Positions 18,611 to 28,839 of a stretch of 64,000 bases of DNA are shown piece by piece. The translations under genes and the position numbers were made by a program. This DNA comes from Planctomycetota bacterium. GTDB lineage: Bacteria; Planctomycetota; UBA1135. The notes beneath the pieces are model-generated. The model was not told the origin of the DNA and made no database searches. It was given only the letters and a program-made list of their open reading frames with translations. How positions within the stretch are numbered: position 1 is the first letter of the stretch; every line of letters begins with the position of its first letter. The stretch lies in the NCBI GenBank assembly GCA_045047305.1, contig JASFYO010000019.1:5405-69404 (forward strand), in the 5' to 3' direction.

Positions 18611-19878
18611 CCCGCAAACTTCCTCGACGTGAATTTCTAAAAACAACAGGCGCCGGCGTCATTGCGCTGCCCTTACTTGGAGCGAATGCCTATGCCGGTG
18701 GATCTGCAACCCTACGTGTAGGACTCGTCGGCTGTGGTGGCCGCGGGACTGGAGCCGCCATTCAAGCCATAAACGCAGACCCAGGAGTGGTGCTGTGGTC
18801 CATGGGAGATTTGTTTGCTGACCGTCTAAAGTCGAGTCACGTCGGCCTCACCGAGAATTTTAAAGACCGCATAGACGTCCCCAATGTGCGCCAACACGTT
18901 GGATTTGAAGCCTACAAGCGTGTGATCGAAGAAGTCGATGTCGTGTTGTTTGCTACGCCGCCAGTTTTCCGCCCCATGCATTTGGCGGCAGCGGTGGAAG
19001 CAGGGCGTCATGTCTTTTGCGAGAAGCCAGTTGCGGTAGATGCACCTGGCGTACGTTCAGTTTTAAAGACGGCGAAACTTGCAGCGGAGAAGGGAATCTC
19101 CCTGGCATCGGGTTTTTGCTGGCGTGCAGCATTTGGACACCGCAGTTTGTATAACCGTGTCTTGAAGGAGAATGCGATTGGGGATGTGCGGCATGTTTAC
19201 GCGACTTATCTTGCCGGCGGTGTTTGGTACAAGGAGCGCCAAGAGAAATGGACAGATCTCGAATATCAGCTACGCAATTGGTATTACTACAGCAACTTTT
19301 CGGGTGACCATATCGTCGAGCAGGCAATCCATTCGGTGGATAAGTTGTTGTGGGCCAAAGGCGATGAAATACCAGTGAGTGCTCTTGCAATGGGCGGACG
19401 TCAGGTGCGGACTGCCGAGAAGTATGGCAACATTTATGATCACTTTGGCGTGGTCTATGAATGGGCCGACGGCACCCAAGGCCATCTTGTGACTCGCCAG
19501 CAAAACGGTTGCCACTCTGAAAACTTAGATCGCATCGTTGGCTCCGACGGCATTGCCAGCATCGATGGTTGGGCCAACCGCTTTGTGGTGGAGGGTGCAC
19601 GTCCTTGGAAATATGAAGGCCCCAACAACGACATGTACCAAACCGAACACGATGAGTTGTTTGCGAGCATTCGTTCCGGGGCTCCGATAAACCAAGGCGT
19701 GTCCATGGCGCAAAGTACCATGGCTGCAATCCTCGGGCGGATGTCGGCCTACACCGGTCAACGCATTACTTGGCAACAAGCGATGGAGTCCAAGCAAGAC
19801 CTCACGCCGAAATCGTGGGAGTTTGGAAGTGGAATCGATGTGGTGCAGGCGACTCCCGGCAAGACGAAGTTTATCTAG
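18607..19878 (+). CDS. Tat-exported Gfo/Idh/MocA family oxidoreductase
   Basis: RREFLK Tat motif, GLVGCGGRG, EKPVA and GDHIVEQAIH. Confidence 0.92.
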   Translation: MTRKLPRREFLKTTGAGVIALPLLGANAYAGGSATLRVGLVGCGGRGTGAAIQAINADPGVVLWSMGDLFADRLKSSHVGLTENFKDRIDVPNVRQHVGFEAYKRVIEEVDVVLFATPPVFRPMHLAAAVEAGRHVFCEKPVAVDAPGVRSVLKTAKLAAEKGISLASGFCWRAAFGHRSLYNRVLKENAIGDVRHVYATYLAGGVWYKERQEKWTDLEYQLRNWYYYSNFSGDHIVEQAIHSVDKLLWAKGDEIPVSALAMGGRQVRTAEKYGNIYDHFGVVYEWADGTQGHLVTRQQNGCHSENLDRIVGSDGIASIDGWANRFVVEGARPWKYEGPNNDMYQTEHDELFASIRSGAPINQGVSMAQSTMAAILGRMSAYTGQRITWQQAMESKQDLTPKSWEFGSGIDVVQATPGKTKFI

Positions 19879-19894
19879 CGGGGAGGGGACTTGC

Positions 19895-21622
19895 TCAGTC
19901 CTTAATCTCTACCCACTTAGTGGAACGTGGGTCGAAGTAAGGGTCTTCCTCGAAACTGATAGCGCTGTCATTGCTGGCATAGCCGAGCGCCTCAAGGTCG
20001 GCATTGCGCTCAGCGCTTAGTTTTACTTGAACATCTGGAATATGGGACCGCTCTACCATCAAGCCAAGAGCCATGAGTTGGTCCCACATCTGGTTGCGCA
20101 GTTCCACCTTGTCGGCAGCAAGGTTTTTCTGCTCTGCGGGGTCGGCAATTAAATCGTAAAGCCAATAGCGGTTGGCGGTGGCCTCGAACCAAGGGTCGGT
20201 GACAACCAGTTTGCTTGCTGGCAAACGCAAAGAGCGTAAAGGTCCGGTGGGGCCAGAAAGCGCACTGCCCATAGAATCCGTTTCAGAGAATGCTGGGCGC
20301 GAACCAAGATCGTCTTCATTGCGGAAGAAGGATAGAAGATTCTCTCCTTGCAACGCTTGTGCTTGCTTTGGCCACTCCAAACCAGCAACCGAAAGCAAGG
20401 TCGGGAGCACATCTAGGTGACGGACTTGCTCATCGTGAATCCCAGCTTGGAATCCGAGGCGTTCTCCAAGTGCAGGGCTCCACGCAAATTGGAGAGGTAC
20501 TCGCAGCAATTCCTCATTCAAAGTATGTGCATGGCCCAAATCACCATGCTCCAAGAATTCTTCGCCATGGTCGGAACAGATGACTACTAAGAGGTTGTCG
20601 TTTGACGCAAGCTGCTTTGCAACAAAGTCGCCTACTTGATCATCGAGATACCGAATCTCCTCTGCATAGGAAAGGCGCAAACTTTCGACGTCTTGTTCAG
20701 AAAACCCGGTACCTTCGGTTGAGCGGAACATGCGTTCCGCATCTCCATCTAAGAGGGTTGTGATGCCAGTGTGATTAAACAAGCCGGCATAGGCGGACGG
20801 CGGCTCGTATGGATAGTGTGCATCATTGAGGTGCAAGTAAAGAAAAGAAGCTTGGTCGCCCCCTTTTTGCAGCCAAGCGTCGCCCGCTTCCAAGAAAGGT
20901 GCTGCGGAACTGGAAGTGTCCACGGTAAAGGATTGAAAGCCTTGCGCGAAACCAAAAACTGGGGTGATGTTTGGGTTCGAGCTAAACGCTGCGGTGCGAT
21001 AACCTGCGGCTAAAAAAGCCTCGGCCAGGGTGCGTTTTTCGGCGGGAAGAACGGAACGACGCGCACTGGCACCATGAAAGCCCGGAACCTGCCCCGTAAT
21101 CAGAGTTCCAATCGATGGTTTGGTCCAAGGCGCCTGCGTAATGGCTTGAGTGAAAGCGGCGCCTTTACGCGCTATAGCATCGAGTTTCGGAGTGGTGTTG
21201 AGCTCCGATCCTCCCCAACCGACATAATCAAGGCGCACTGTGTCGAGCAAGATGAAAAGCACATCTGGTTTTTCGTTGGTGTTTGGACGTTGCGTTGCCA
21301 CAATGATTTTTGGTAGCAGGGCAAAAGCAACCAAAACCACCACAACTAGCGGTTTTGCAAAGAAGTCGACTAAGGGTGCGGTGGGGTTCGGCGACGAGTC
21401 GATAGAATTGGAACGCATAGCGACCAGCACCAGCCCGAGCGCCAACCCGGCGGCGAGCAAAAGGCGTCGGCCGCCCAAATCGGAAGCCCACGTGAGCCAA
21501 AACAACAATCCATCGCCTGCTTCGGACCAGCCCCCGGCTGAGGACATGGAGAATGCGCGCCAGCAGGCCGGCAAGGCCGAGGCTAGTGCAACCGCGGAAA
21601 CCAGGAAGAGCAGTCGTCTCAT
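19895..21622 (-). CDS. Membrane-anchored sulfatase-like (alkaline phosphatase superfamily) protein
   Basis: Three N-terminal hydrophobic segments, LDTVRLD, WTKPS, DAHYPY and SDHGEEFLEHG. Confidence 0.85.
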   Translation of the reverse strand: MRRLLFLVSAVALASALPACWRAFSMSSAGGWSEAGDGLLFWLTWASDLGGRRLLLAAGLALGLVLVAMRSNSIDSSPNPTAPLVDFFAKPLVVVVLVAFALLPKIIVATQRPNTNEKPDVLFILLDTVRLDYVGWGGSELNTTPKLDAIARKGAAFTQAITQAPWTKPSIGTLITGQVPGFHGASARRSVLPAEKRTLAEAFLAAGYRTAAFSSNPNITPVFGFAQGFQSFTVDTSSSAAPFLEAGDAWLQKGGDQASFLYLHLNDAHYPYEPPSAYAGLFNHTGITTLLDGDAERMFRSTEGTGFSEQDVESLRLSYAEEIRYLDDQVGDFVAKQLASNDNLLVVICSDHGEEFLEHGDLGHAHTLNEELLRVPLQFAWSPALGERLGFQAGIHDEQVRHLDVLPTLLSVAGLEWPKQAQALQGENLLSFFRNEDDLGSRPAFSETDSMGSALSGPTGPLRSLRLPASKLVVTDPWFEATANRYWLYDLIADPAEQKNLAADKVELRNQMWDQLMALGLMVERSHIPDVQVKLSAERNADLEALGYASNDSAISFEEDPYFDPRSTKWVEIKD

Positions 21623-21674
21623 GGATGTGCGTGAGTATATCCCCGACTTCAAGTATCCGAAGGAAACTGCCACG

Positions 21675-22766
21675 GTGGAATATGTGCAGGCTACCCGCGA
21701 AGACGGTGCTGCGATTAATGATTTGTACAATCGAGCCTTTGACCAAAAGCGTAGTTTTGAGAACTACCTTTGGAAGTACTGGAAAAACCCGGCGGGCCCC
21801 CCGTTTGGGATATTGGCCCGCGAAAAGGAGACTGGCAAGTATCTCTCCACTTCGACTGGCGTGCGTAAACAGGTTTGGGTGGAGGGAAGAGAGGTTCCTG
21901 GAATCCTGACTTGCGAAACGAGCTCCGATCCGGATGCGCGCGGCGGAGGACGTTTATTCAAAAGCGTGATGCAAGGTTTTGGCGTTGCGGTGAACGATGA
22001 GCAGGGAATCGTTTGGAGCTATGGCGGACAGTCCAGCGATGATGCCATCAAGATTGGAAAGCGTTGGTTTGGTTTCCAGATTGTGGTGGAGTTGGTTTGC
22101 TGGGAAATCGTGTTGGGTCAGAAGTTGGCTTATCAAAGTCGTTTTGGCGACACGATTGGCGGCATCATTGGTGCTGTCGCAGACCCTCTTTTCCGCGCTC
22201 GATGGAAGACTCCTGCAACTGGCTTGAACTTTAAGCAGATCACTCGGTTCGATTCTGATTACGACGCCCTGTGGGAGCGCTTTCGCGATCGGTACTCCGT
22301 AGTTTTTTGGCGCGATGCAGCGACCTTAAATTGGCGCTACATGGATAATCCGTTTTGGAGTCATCGTGTGGTGGAAGCCCGTCGCAACGGGGAGCTGGTC
22401 GGTTACGTCGTTTGGCGTGAATGGAGCGATCAAGGCAATCGCATTGCCACCATCCTCGACATGTGGCACGGCGGTGATCAAACCACCGTAATGGGATTAC
22501 TCGATGAAGCCCGACGTTTAGCCGCCCAATCCGGATGCGCTTTCTTGCGCTTCTCGATTAAGGAAAACGGAGTTGAGGAAAAGGCGTTTGAGGAGTTCCG
22601 CAACGGCCGACGTAGTCCTTACGAACGCGTCGACAAAATCATCTGCACCCCGATGCCAGGGTCCACTCCCTATGAACAAAGCGAGGATGCTTATGCAACC
22701 TTGGCTGCAGTGATGGATGGCAGCAACTGGTTTTACTGCCAAGGCGATTGCGATTACCGCGACTGA
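21675..22766 (+). CDS. GNAT family N-acetyltransferase-like protein
   Basis: DPDARGGGRLF (acetyl-CoA motif A-like), YLWKYWKNP and LNWRYMDNP. GTG 21675 follows GAAGGAA. Alternative ATG at 21621. Confidence 0.7.
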   Translation: MEYVQATREDGAAINDLYNRAFDQKRSFENYLWKYWKNPAGPPFGILAREKETGKYLSTSTGVRKQVWVEGREVPGILTCETSSDPDARGGGRLFKSVMQGFGVAVNDEQGIVWSYGGQSSDDAIKIGKRWFGFQIVVELVCWEIVLGQKLAYQSRFGDTIGGIIGAVADPLFRARWKTPATGLNFKQITRFDSDYDALWERFRDRYSVVFWRDAATLNWRYMDNPFWSHRVVEARRNGELVGYVVWREWSDQGNRIATILDMWHGGDQTTVMGLLDEARRLAAQSGCAFLRFSIKENGVEEKAFEEFRNGRRSPYERVDKIICTPMPGSTPYEQSEDAYATLAAVMDGSNWFYCQGDCDYRD

Positions 22767-24568
22767 GTTCGGTCAGGGAGTTGGTAAACACGAACCCAAC
22801 TTCCGTCGGTGAGCGCTAGACGTTTGCCATCGGGAGAGAGCGCTGTTGCAGTGGAGTTGGGGAGGCCCAAGGGTGCGCCGATAGGTTCGAGTGTTGCCGC
22901 ATCGAGAAGTTGAAAAGATGACTTGCTCCAGGAATGCGCGAGGAGAGTGGATTCGTCTAGGTGTCGGATAAAGGAGTAGTCACCTTCCCATCGGCAAACT
23001 TCTTTTCCAGTGGAGAGGTCTACCGCATGGATGGATGCAGGCTCTTCATCAAAATAACTACCACTGGTCTGGCAATAGACCAAGCGACTTCCCGAGGGGT
23101 TGATGCTTAAAGTGCGGATAGGGTCTCGAAGCTTGGGCACGAAAGATCGAACACTAGAACCCCCGTTAGGTGAGAACATATTTAGGGCCCCGCTTCCTCC
23201 GTGCTGGCCAAAGATGCTTGCCATGGCCAAGCTTTGGCTATCAGCGGTCCAGGCGAAATCCATCGCACGCCCTAAGAGGGGGATCTGATGAGAGGATCCG
23301 TCGGAAAGGTTTACTAGGCTTAGGCCTTGCGACCAATCATCACCCCCAATCGCCAAGTACTGTTGGTTTGGGGAAAGCGAAATCTCGGGATTGCTGGATA
23401 TGTCGTCCACCTTGAATGGAATGGTTCGCAGTGCTTCGCCGCTGACGCCATCGCGAAAAACAACCGCGCCTTTCTCTAAGCAAACGATCTCTCTGCCCTT
23501 GGCGCCACTAGTGCAGGAGCGAAAACCCTGCAAGGTTGTTCCCTTCAGGGTGTTTAAATCAAAAAATAAACTGTCCTTGCCTGAAGCAAGCAGGCTGTTC
23601 CCATCGGCACTAAACGCAAGATGCTTGGGCTCCGAAGGATGCAAGGAGAGCTCTCGGATTTTCTTATCGCCCTTCCACAATTGAATGTGGCCGGAAGAAG
23701 CTCCCACCGCAAGAAGGTCTGTATCGGTGGCAAAAGAAATCGATGGAGCCGAGGATCCGGTGTTGAGAGTTTGTAATAAAGTTCCCTCAAAGTTGTAGAA
23801 GTAGACTTCGTGGAATCCACCACTGATGGCAAAGCCGGTGCCATCGGGCATGAGCTCACAGGCATAGACCGATTTATGAGTGGGGAATGATTTCTCACCA
23901 ACTTGCACGAGCCCTGTGCCTTGAATGCTGAAAATGTTTCCATTGACTTCGCCCACACGGTAAACGGATTTCACCCCAGGCAAAGTATTGGGGTGCTTAT
24001 ATTGCAGGTCCAACTCCCCCGTATCTAGGCTGAATTGGCTCACGCCACTGGCATTGTCACCAACGATAAGCTTCTTCCTGTCGGTCGAAAAGCAAACGCT
24101 CTTTGCGGGATAGGGTACTGGCGGAAACGTTTGTACTTCGGTCCAGCTCCGCGTTTCTACTACGCGCATGACCTTATTCGCATACTGATAAGCGAATAAG
24201 GTACCAGCGTTATTCCAGGCAGCGCACGACCGAAAAGAAGCTAGCGTAGAAAAAACTAAATTTCCTTGGAGGTCATAAATGACAAGATTTTCTCCGACGG
24301 TGACTACTTGAGTACCATCCGGCGAAAAACGGGTAGCTCCAAGCCAATAATCATCGACTTGGCGCGTCCAAAGAATCTGATCATTTGCTAAATCATAAAG
24401 AATGAGGTCCCCCTCATTGCCAGTGGAGGCCAGCAAGGTTCCAGCGCCATTGAGGGCCAGAGATTGGCCGGAACCGCCACCGACCTGGAACTCAGCGATT
24501 AATTCCGGTGACTCTTGTTGGCCGGAAATGAGTTGGGTAGAAAAAAGAATGGCAGCGCATACCAGCAT
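22754..24568 (-). CDS. Exported WD40/beta-propeller repeat protein
   Basis: Repeated FSPDG/FSADG/LSPDG blade motifs and a short signal-like N-terminus. Confidence 0.85.
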   Translation of the reverse strand: MLVCAAILFSTQLISGQQESPELIAEFQVGGGSGQSLALNGAGTLLASTGNEGDLILYDLANDQILWTRQVDDYWLGATRFSPDGTQVVTVGENLVIYDLQGNLVFSTLASFRSCAAWNNAGTLFAYQYANKVMRVVETRSWTEVQTFPPVPYPAKSVCFSTDRKKLIVGDNASGVSQFSLDTGELDLQYKHPNTLPGVKSVYRVGEVNGNIFSIQGTGLVQVGEKSFPTHKSVYACELMPDGTGFAISGGFHEVYFYNFEGTLLQTLNTGSSAPSISFATDTDLLAVGASSGHIQLWKGDKKIRELSLHPSEPKHLAFSADGNSLLASGKDSLFFDLNTLKGTTLQGFRSCTSGAKGREIVCLEKGAVVFRDGVSGEALRTIPFKVDDISSNPEISLSPNQQYLAIGGDDWSQGLSLVNLSDGSSHQIPLLGRAMDFAWTADSQSLAMASIFGQHGGSGALNMFSPNGGSSVRSFVPKLRDPIRTLSINPSGSRLVYCQTSGSYFDEEPASIHAVDLSTGKEVCRWEGDYSFIRHLDESTLLAHSWSKSSFQLLDAATLEPIGAPLGLPNSTATALSPDGKRLALTDGSWVRVYQLPDRTQSR

Positions 24569-24584
24569 GCTCTCATGATAGAGG

Positions 24585-24616
24585 AAAACGTCGCGCAGGA
24601 GTTCCTGCGCGACGTT
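24585..24616 (-). terminator. Intrinsic terminator after clpB
   Basis: AACGTCGCGCAGGA-gt-TCCTGCGCGACGTT inverted repeat, followed by a T run on the minus strand. Confidence 0.75.
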
Positions 24617-24642
24617 GCTCTATGCAATTCCATGGGCGCGGA

Positions 24643-27201
24643 TCACTGAGTGGAGCTGTGTACCTCAGCGCCGACAGTCGTCGACTCCAAAGTGAGCTTT
24701 CCATCAGAGACTCCCACACGCAACCCATGGCATTCTTCGAGCTCACCCCTTAAGAGTTTTTCTGAAAGCGGATTCAGAATTTTCTTTTGGATAAGCCTAC
24801 GCAGCGGACGTGCGCCAAAGTCAGGGTCATACCCGCGCTCGGCAAGCCAAGTCCGCGCATCTTCACTAACCACTAGCTCCATTTGAGTGTTTTGCATCAA
24901 ACGTGCTGCAAGTTCCGTTACTTGTAAATCAACAATCTTGGCTAGCGCTTCTTTGGACAAGCTGTCAAAGACCAACACTTCATCAATGCGGTTTACAAAC
25001 TCCGGGCGGAAGTGAGCTCTCAAATCTTGCATGTTGCGCAAGTTTGAAGTCATTACGAGCAAGGTGTTGCGGAAATCCACGGTGCGCCCTTTGCTGTCGG
25101 TGAGACGACCATCGTCAAGCACCTGGAGCAAAGTGTTGAACACATCGGGGTGCGCCTTCTCCACCTCGTCCAGCAGCACTACGGCATAAGGATGACGCCT
25201 TACTAACTCGGTTAGTTGACCGCCTTCATCATGGCCGATGTATCCCGGAGGTGCACCAATCAAACGTGCGACGGTGTGCTTCTCCTGATACTCGGACATG
25301 TCCAAGCGAACCATTGCTTGTGCATCGCCGAACAACTCCGTTGCAATCGCTTTGCACAATTCCGTTTTGCCGACACCAGTTGGTCCAAGGAAAATGAAAC
25401 TGCCCAAAGGACGACTTTCATCCTGCAGTCCAGCACGAGCGCGCCGCACCGTTTCCGCAACTGCAGTGACAGCCTGATCCTGTCCAATGACGTGCTCTTG
25501 CAGCAAGGACTCAAGCTTTAACAAGCGTTGCCTTTCCGTTTCAATCATGCGGTCGACCGGAATTCCAGTCCAAGCTGCCACAACTTCTGCGACTTCACTT
25601 GGGCCGACCTCTTCGCGCAAAATCGGTTGATCACCCTGCAGTTCGCGTAACTTCACGGCGGCCTTGTCAGCAGCGGCTTCCAGGTCAGGGATTTCGCCAA
25701 ACTGAATGCGTCCGACTTGCTCTAAGTTGCCTTCGCGTTCTAACTGTTCTGCACGAATGCGCAGCTCTTCGATTTCGGCCATGGCATCTTTCATCAAGTC
25801 CACTTGTTGCTTCTCGTTTTGCCAACGAGCCCGCAATGCTTGTGCACTCTCTTCCACCTCAGCCTTGTCTTCCTCCAAGACCTTGATCTTTATTTTTGCA
25901 TCGGCGCCTCCTTCAGCCTCAAGTCCCGCTTGTTCAATCTGAATCCTGCGTAGACGGCGTTCTAAAACATCCAATTCTGCCGGCATGGAATCCAGTTCTA
26001 AACGCAAACGACTCATGGCTTCATCCATCGCATCAATTGCTTTATCGGGTAACTGACGATCTGCGATATAGCGATACGAAAGGTTCGCTGCGGCTACCAA
26101 GGCAGCATCGGTAATTTTTACGCCGTGGTGCACTTCATAGCGTTCTTGCAAGCCACGCAAAATCGCAATGGTGTCGGCGACATCAGGCTCTTTCACCTTT
26201 ACCGGCTGAAAGCGGCGTTCTAGTGCAGCATCCTTTTCAATGTGTTTGCGGTATTCCTCGTAAGTCGTGGCGCCAATACACCTCAATTCTCCGCGGGCCA
26301 GCGCCGGCTTCAACAAGTTAGCAGCATCAACTGCGCCTTCCGCAGCGCCGGCACCAACCATGGTGTGTAGCTCATCGATGAACAAGATGATTCCGCCGTC
26401 GGCATCCTGCACTTCTTTTAGTACGGCCTTCAACCGCTCTTCAAACTCACCGCGATACTTGGCGCCGGCTAATAAGGAACCCAAATCGAGTGACATTAAG
26501 CGCTTGTTTTCGAGCCCAGTAGGCACATCGCCAGAAATAATACGTTGTGCTAATCCTTCCACTACGGCAGTTTTGCCCACACCGGGTTCACCCACGAGAA
26601 CCGGGTTGTTTTTCGTTCGGCGAGAGAGAATCTGCATCACTCGACGCACCTCTTCATCTCGCCCAATGACTGGATCGAGCTTGCCATCTCGTGCTAGTTG
26701 GGTGAGATCCTGCGCATACTTGCCAAGCGCATCGTCGGAAGCCTCCGGGTGGTCATCGGTGACTTTGCGATCGCCACGAATGCCTTCAAGGGCTGAACGT
26801 ATTGCAGCTGGATTGGCTCCACAATCTTGCAGTTCCTTTGCGAGAGGGGAGTCGGCGGAGACTAAAGCAAGCAGCAGGTGTTCGGTGGATAAGAAATCGT
26901 CGCCCTGGGCTTGGCGGCATGCGTCCGCGGCCTGGAGCAAAAAGCCAAACTCCTTGGAGGCCATAAGCTCTCCAGGTTGGACCTTGGGCAGCTTTGCCAG
27001 CGCTTGGTTGGCTAAGGCTTCAGCTAAAAGTGGGCTTAGCTCCGTCTTGGACAATAGGGCAGGAACAAGCCCTTTCTCTTGTTTAAGCAGGGCCAGCAAG
27101 AGGTGGGCCGGCATCATCTCTCGGTGGGAGAGATCACGGGTGAAGCGCTCTGCAGCCTGCAGGGCTTCCTGAGTTTTTTGGGTGAGTGCTTGTGGATTCA
27201 T
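24643..27201 (-). CDS. clpB: ATP-dependent disaggregase ClpB
   Basis: Two AAA+ modules ([16 protein letters not shown]), coiled-coil middle domain and FGARPLRR. Confidence 0.96.
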   Translation of the reverse strand: MNPQALTQKTQEALQAAERFTRDLSHREMMPAHLLLALLKQEKGLVPALLSKTELSPLLAEALANQALAKLPKVQPGELMASKEFGFLLQAADACRQAQGDDFLSTEHLLLALVSADSPLAKELQDCGANPAAIRSALEGIRGDRKVTDDHPEASDDALGKYAQDLTQLARDGKLDPVIGRDEEVRRVMQILSRRTKNNPVLVGEPGVGKTAVVEGLAQRIISGDVPTGLENKRLMSLDLGSLLAGAKYRGEFEERLKAVLKEVQDADGGIILFIDELHTMVGAGAAEGAVDAANLLKPALARGELRCIGATTYEEYRKHIEKDAALERRFQPVKVKEPDVADTIAILRGLQERYEVHHGVKITDAALVAAANLSYRYIADRQLPDKAIDAMDEAMSRLRLELDSMPAELDVLERRLRRIQIEQAGLEAEGGADAKIKIKVLEEDKAEVEESAQALRARWQNEKQQVDLMKDAMAEIEELRIRAEQLEREGNLEQVGRIQFGEIPDLEAAADKAAVKLRELQGDQPILREEVGPSEVAEVVAAWTGIPVDRMIETERQRLLKLESLLQEHVIGQDQAVTAVAETVRRARAGLQDESRPLGSFIFLGPTGVGKTELCKAIATELFGDAQAMVRLDMSEYQEKHTVARLIGAPPGYIGHDEGGQLTELVRRHPYAVVLLDEVEKAHPDVFNTLLQVLDDGRLTDSKGRTVDFRNTLLVMTSNLRNMQDLRAHFRPEFVNRIDEVLVFDSLSKEALAKIVDLQVTELAARLMQNTQMELVVSEDARTWLAERGYDPDFGARPLRRLIQKKILNPLSEKLLRGELEECHGLRVGVSDGKLTLESTTVGAEVHSSTQ

Positions 27202-27243
27202 GTCATTTTGGCTGGGAGGGCTACTCCGCAACGTCCGATAACG

Positions 27244-27259
27244 TGCAACGTCCGTGCCA
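27244..27259 (-). promoter_or_regulatory. Sigma54 -24/-12 promoter of clpB
   Basis: Minus strand TGGCACGGACGTTGCA is an exact TGGCAC-N5-TTGCA match, 42 nt before the ATG. Confidence 0.85.
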
Positions 27260-27305
27260 CGGCAAAACCGCCAATATGGCAGTCCCGGTTGCGTAAACTT
27301 CTCTG

Positions 27306-27830
27306 ATGCCCGAAATCAGCCTCCTCCTCCTTGGATTTCTCAGCTTTATTGTCGCTGGGGCGGGCCTCCTGCTGATTCCATTCAGCCTTCCAGGTAACTG
27401 GATCATTGCCTGCGCTGGGCTCTTCGGCCCCACGCTTGGTTTGGGCTGGACTCCCCTGTGGATTCTCCTTGCCGCTGCGGGAGTTGCGGAGCTTTTGGAG
27501 CTGCTCCTCGCCACCAAGACCGCAAAGAAAGCCGGTGCCGGCAAATCTGGTCAATGGGGGGCTTTCTTTGGGGGCATCACGGGGGCTATCTTTGCCACTC
27601 CCTTCATCCCCATTCCGATTTTGGGCACCTTAATCGGCGCAGCGGCAGGGGCATTTCTTGGCGCCATTCTGTTTGAGATCATGTTTGCCAACCGAGAAAG
27701 CCAAGAGCTTATGAGCATTGGCTTTGGGGCGTTTTTGGGAGTCCTTTTAGGGAAAGGGGCCAAAATGGCCTTAGGAGCTTTTCAAATGGGCTATTGGGGC
27801 TTTGCCGTTTATCAAGGAATTTGGGCATAG
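27306..27830 (+). CDS. DUF456 family membrane protein
   Basis: Gly-rich TM helices, [18 protein letters not shown] and [13 protein letters not shown]. Confidence 0.8.
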   Translation: MPEISLLLLGFLSFIVAGAGLLLIPFSLPGNWIIACAGLFGPTLGLGWTPLWILLAAAGVAELLELLLATKTAKKAGAGKSGQWGAFFGGITGAIFATPFIPIPILGTLIGAAAGAFLGAILFEIMFANRESQELMSIGFGAFLGVLLGKGAKMALGAFQMGYWGFAVYQGIWA

Positions 27831-27936
27831 TCCAATCACCGGCAAACTGTTTGCGGATTCGGGCGTAGGTTGAGGGCCACGCTAACCCTGTGGAGCGGTA
27901 CAATCCGCACTCATTTCCCTCCCCGGAAACAGACAC

Positions 27937-28758
27937 ATGTTCAAGAAAACCATTCTTTTCGCTTCGGTCACGGCTGCCTTGATGGGGCCAATCTCCGCCC
28001 AAGAAGGCGAGGCCCAAGCCACCGAAACCGTACCAGTCTCCAATCCTGCACTTGATGCAATTTTGGAGCATGTCCCAGCCATCTTCGACAACGCCTGGAA
28101 GTCTACCTTCCATATTTCCGTTACCGAAGGTGAGAAGCAAAATGCCGACGTCACCGTTGGTTTGAAGTTCCAAGACAAGACTCACTTCGCTGTCAATCTC
28201 GACCTCACGGTGGAAGATGACTTTGAAGGCGAGAAGCAGATGAACTTCACCATTCTTGCTGACGGTACTTTCCTTTACGTCGACTCGCCAAGCATGGCTG
28301 AGGTCTCTGGCGGCATGGCCAACGGCCCGGTCAAAGTCGAGATCGCTGTCTTGGAGAAAATGATCGGCTCTCAAATGGGCGGCATGACTGGCGGTGGCGA
28401 AATGGACAAGGACGCGATCAAGAAATTGGTCGGTGGCGCGCTTGAAAAATTCACCTTTAAGGAAGAGGGATCTGGCGAAGGCTTGCGTCGCTTTACCCTT
28501 GCCGGCGACGGCCTCAATGGCTTCGTTGCATTCGAAAAAGAGCACTGGTTTCTTTCCTCCCTGGAAATGAACTTTGCGGAAGGCGAAGAGTCTGGCAAAG
28601 CGGTTGTCAACGCAAGCGATATCGCTCTTGTTGAGGCTTTCCCAGAAGGTACTTTCACTTTCGCAGTCGCAGAAGGTCAGACCGTCATGGACTTGACCCC
28701 AATGATGCAGATGTCGATGCCTCAGGAAGAGGTTGCCGACGACGACCTCGAGTTCTAA
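27937..28758 (+). CDS. Exported LolA-like fold protein (paralogue 1)
   Basis: Signal peptide. ILADGTFLYV and FPEGTFTFAVAEGQTVMD resemble LolA motifs. Ends DDDLEF. Confidence 0.6.
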   Translation: MFKKTILFASVTAALMGPISAQEGEAQATETVPVSNPALDAILEHVPAIFDNAWKSTFHISVTEGEKQNADVTVGLKFQDKTHFAVNLDLTVEDDFEGEKQMNFTILADGTFLYVDSPSMAEVSGGMANGPVKVEIAVLEKMIGSQMGGMTGGGEMDKDAIKKLVGGALEKFTFKEEGSGEGLRRFTLAGDGLNGFVAFEKEHWFLSSLEMNFAEGEESGKAVVNASDIALVEAFPEGTFTFAVAEGQTVMDLTPMMQMSMPQEEVADDDLEF

Positions 28759-28780
28759 GGAACCCCTGGACTTCACTTCC

Positions 28781-28815
28781 GGCGGGTACCTCGATTGGGG
28801 GTGCCCGCCCTTTTT
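28781..28815 (+). terminator. Intrinsic terminator
   Basis: GGCGGGTACC...GGTGCCCGCC hairpin followed by CTTTTT. Confidence 0.7.
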
Positions 28816-28839
28816 AATGTACCGAAGATTTTCCTCGGA

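Noticed and set aside
21240-21674. N-terminal extension of the 508-aa ORF and the apparent shared CATG start (21620-21623) of two divergent genes
   Set aside because: The extension is the antisense of the sulfatase TM region. GTG 21675 with an upstream GAAGGAA is the more plausible GNAT start, so overlapping start codons are not supported.
26267-27172. 301-aa plus-strand ORF
   Set aside because: Antisense shadow of clpB with Ser/Ala-rich composition typical of reverse frames.
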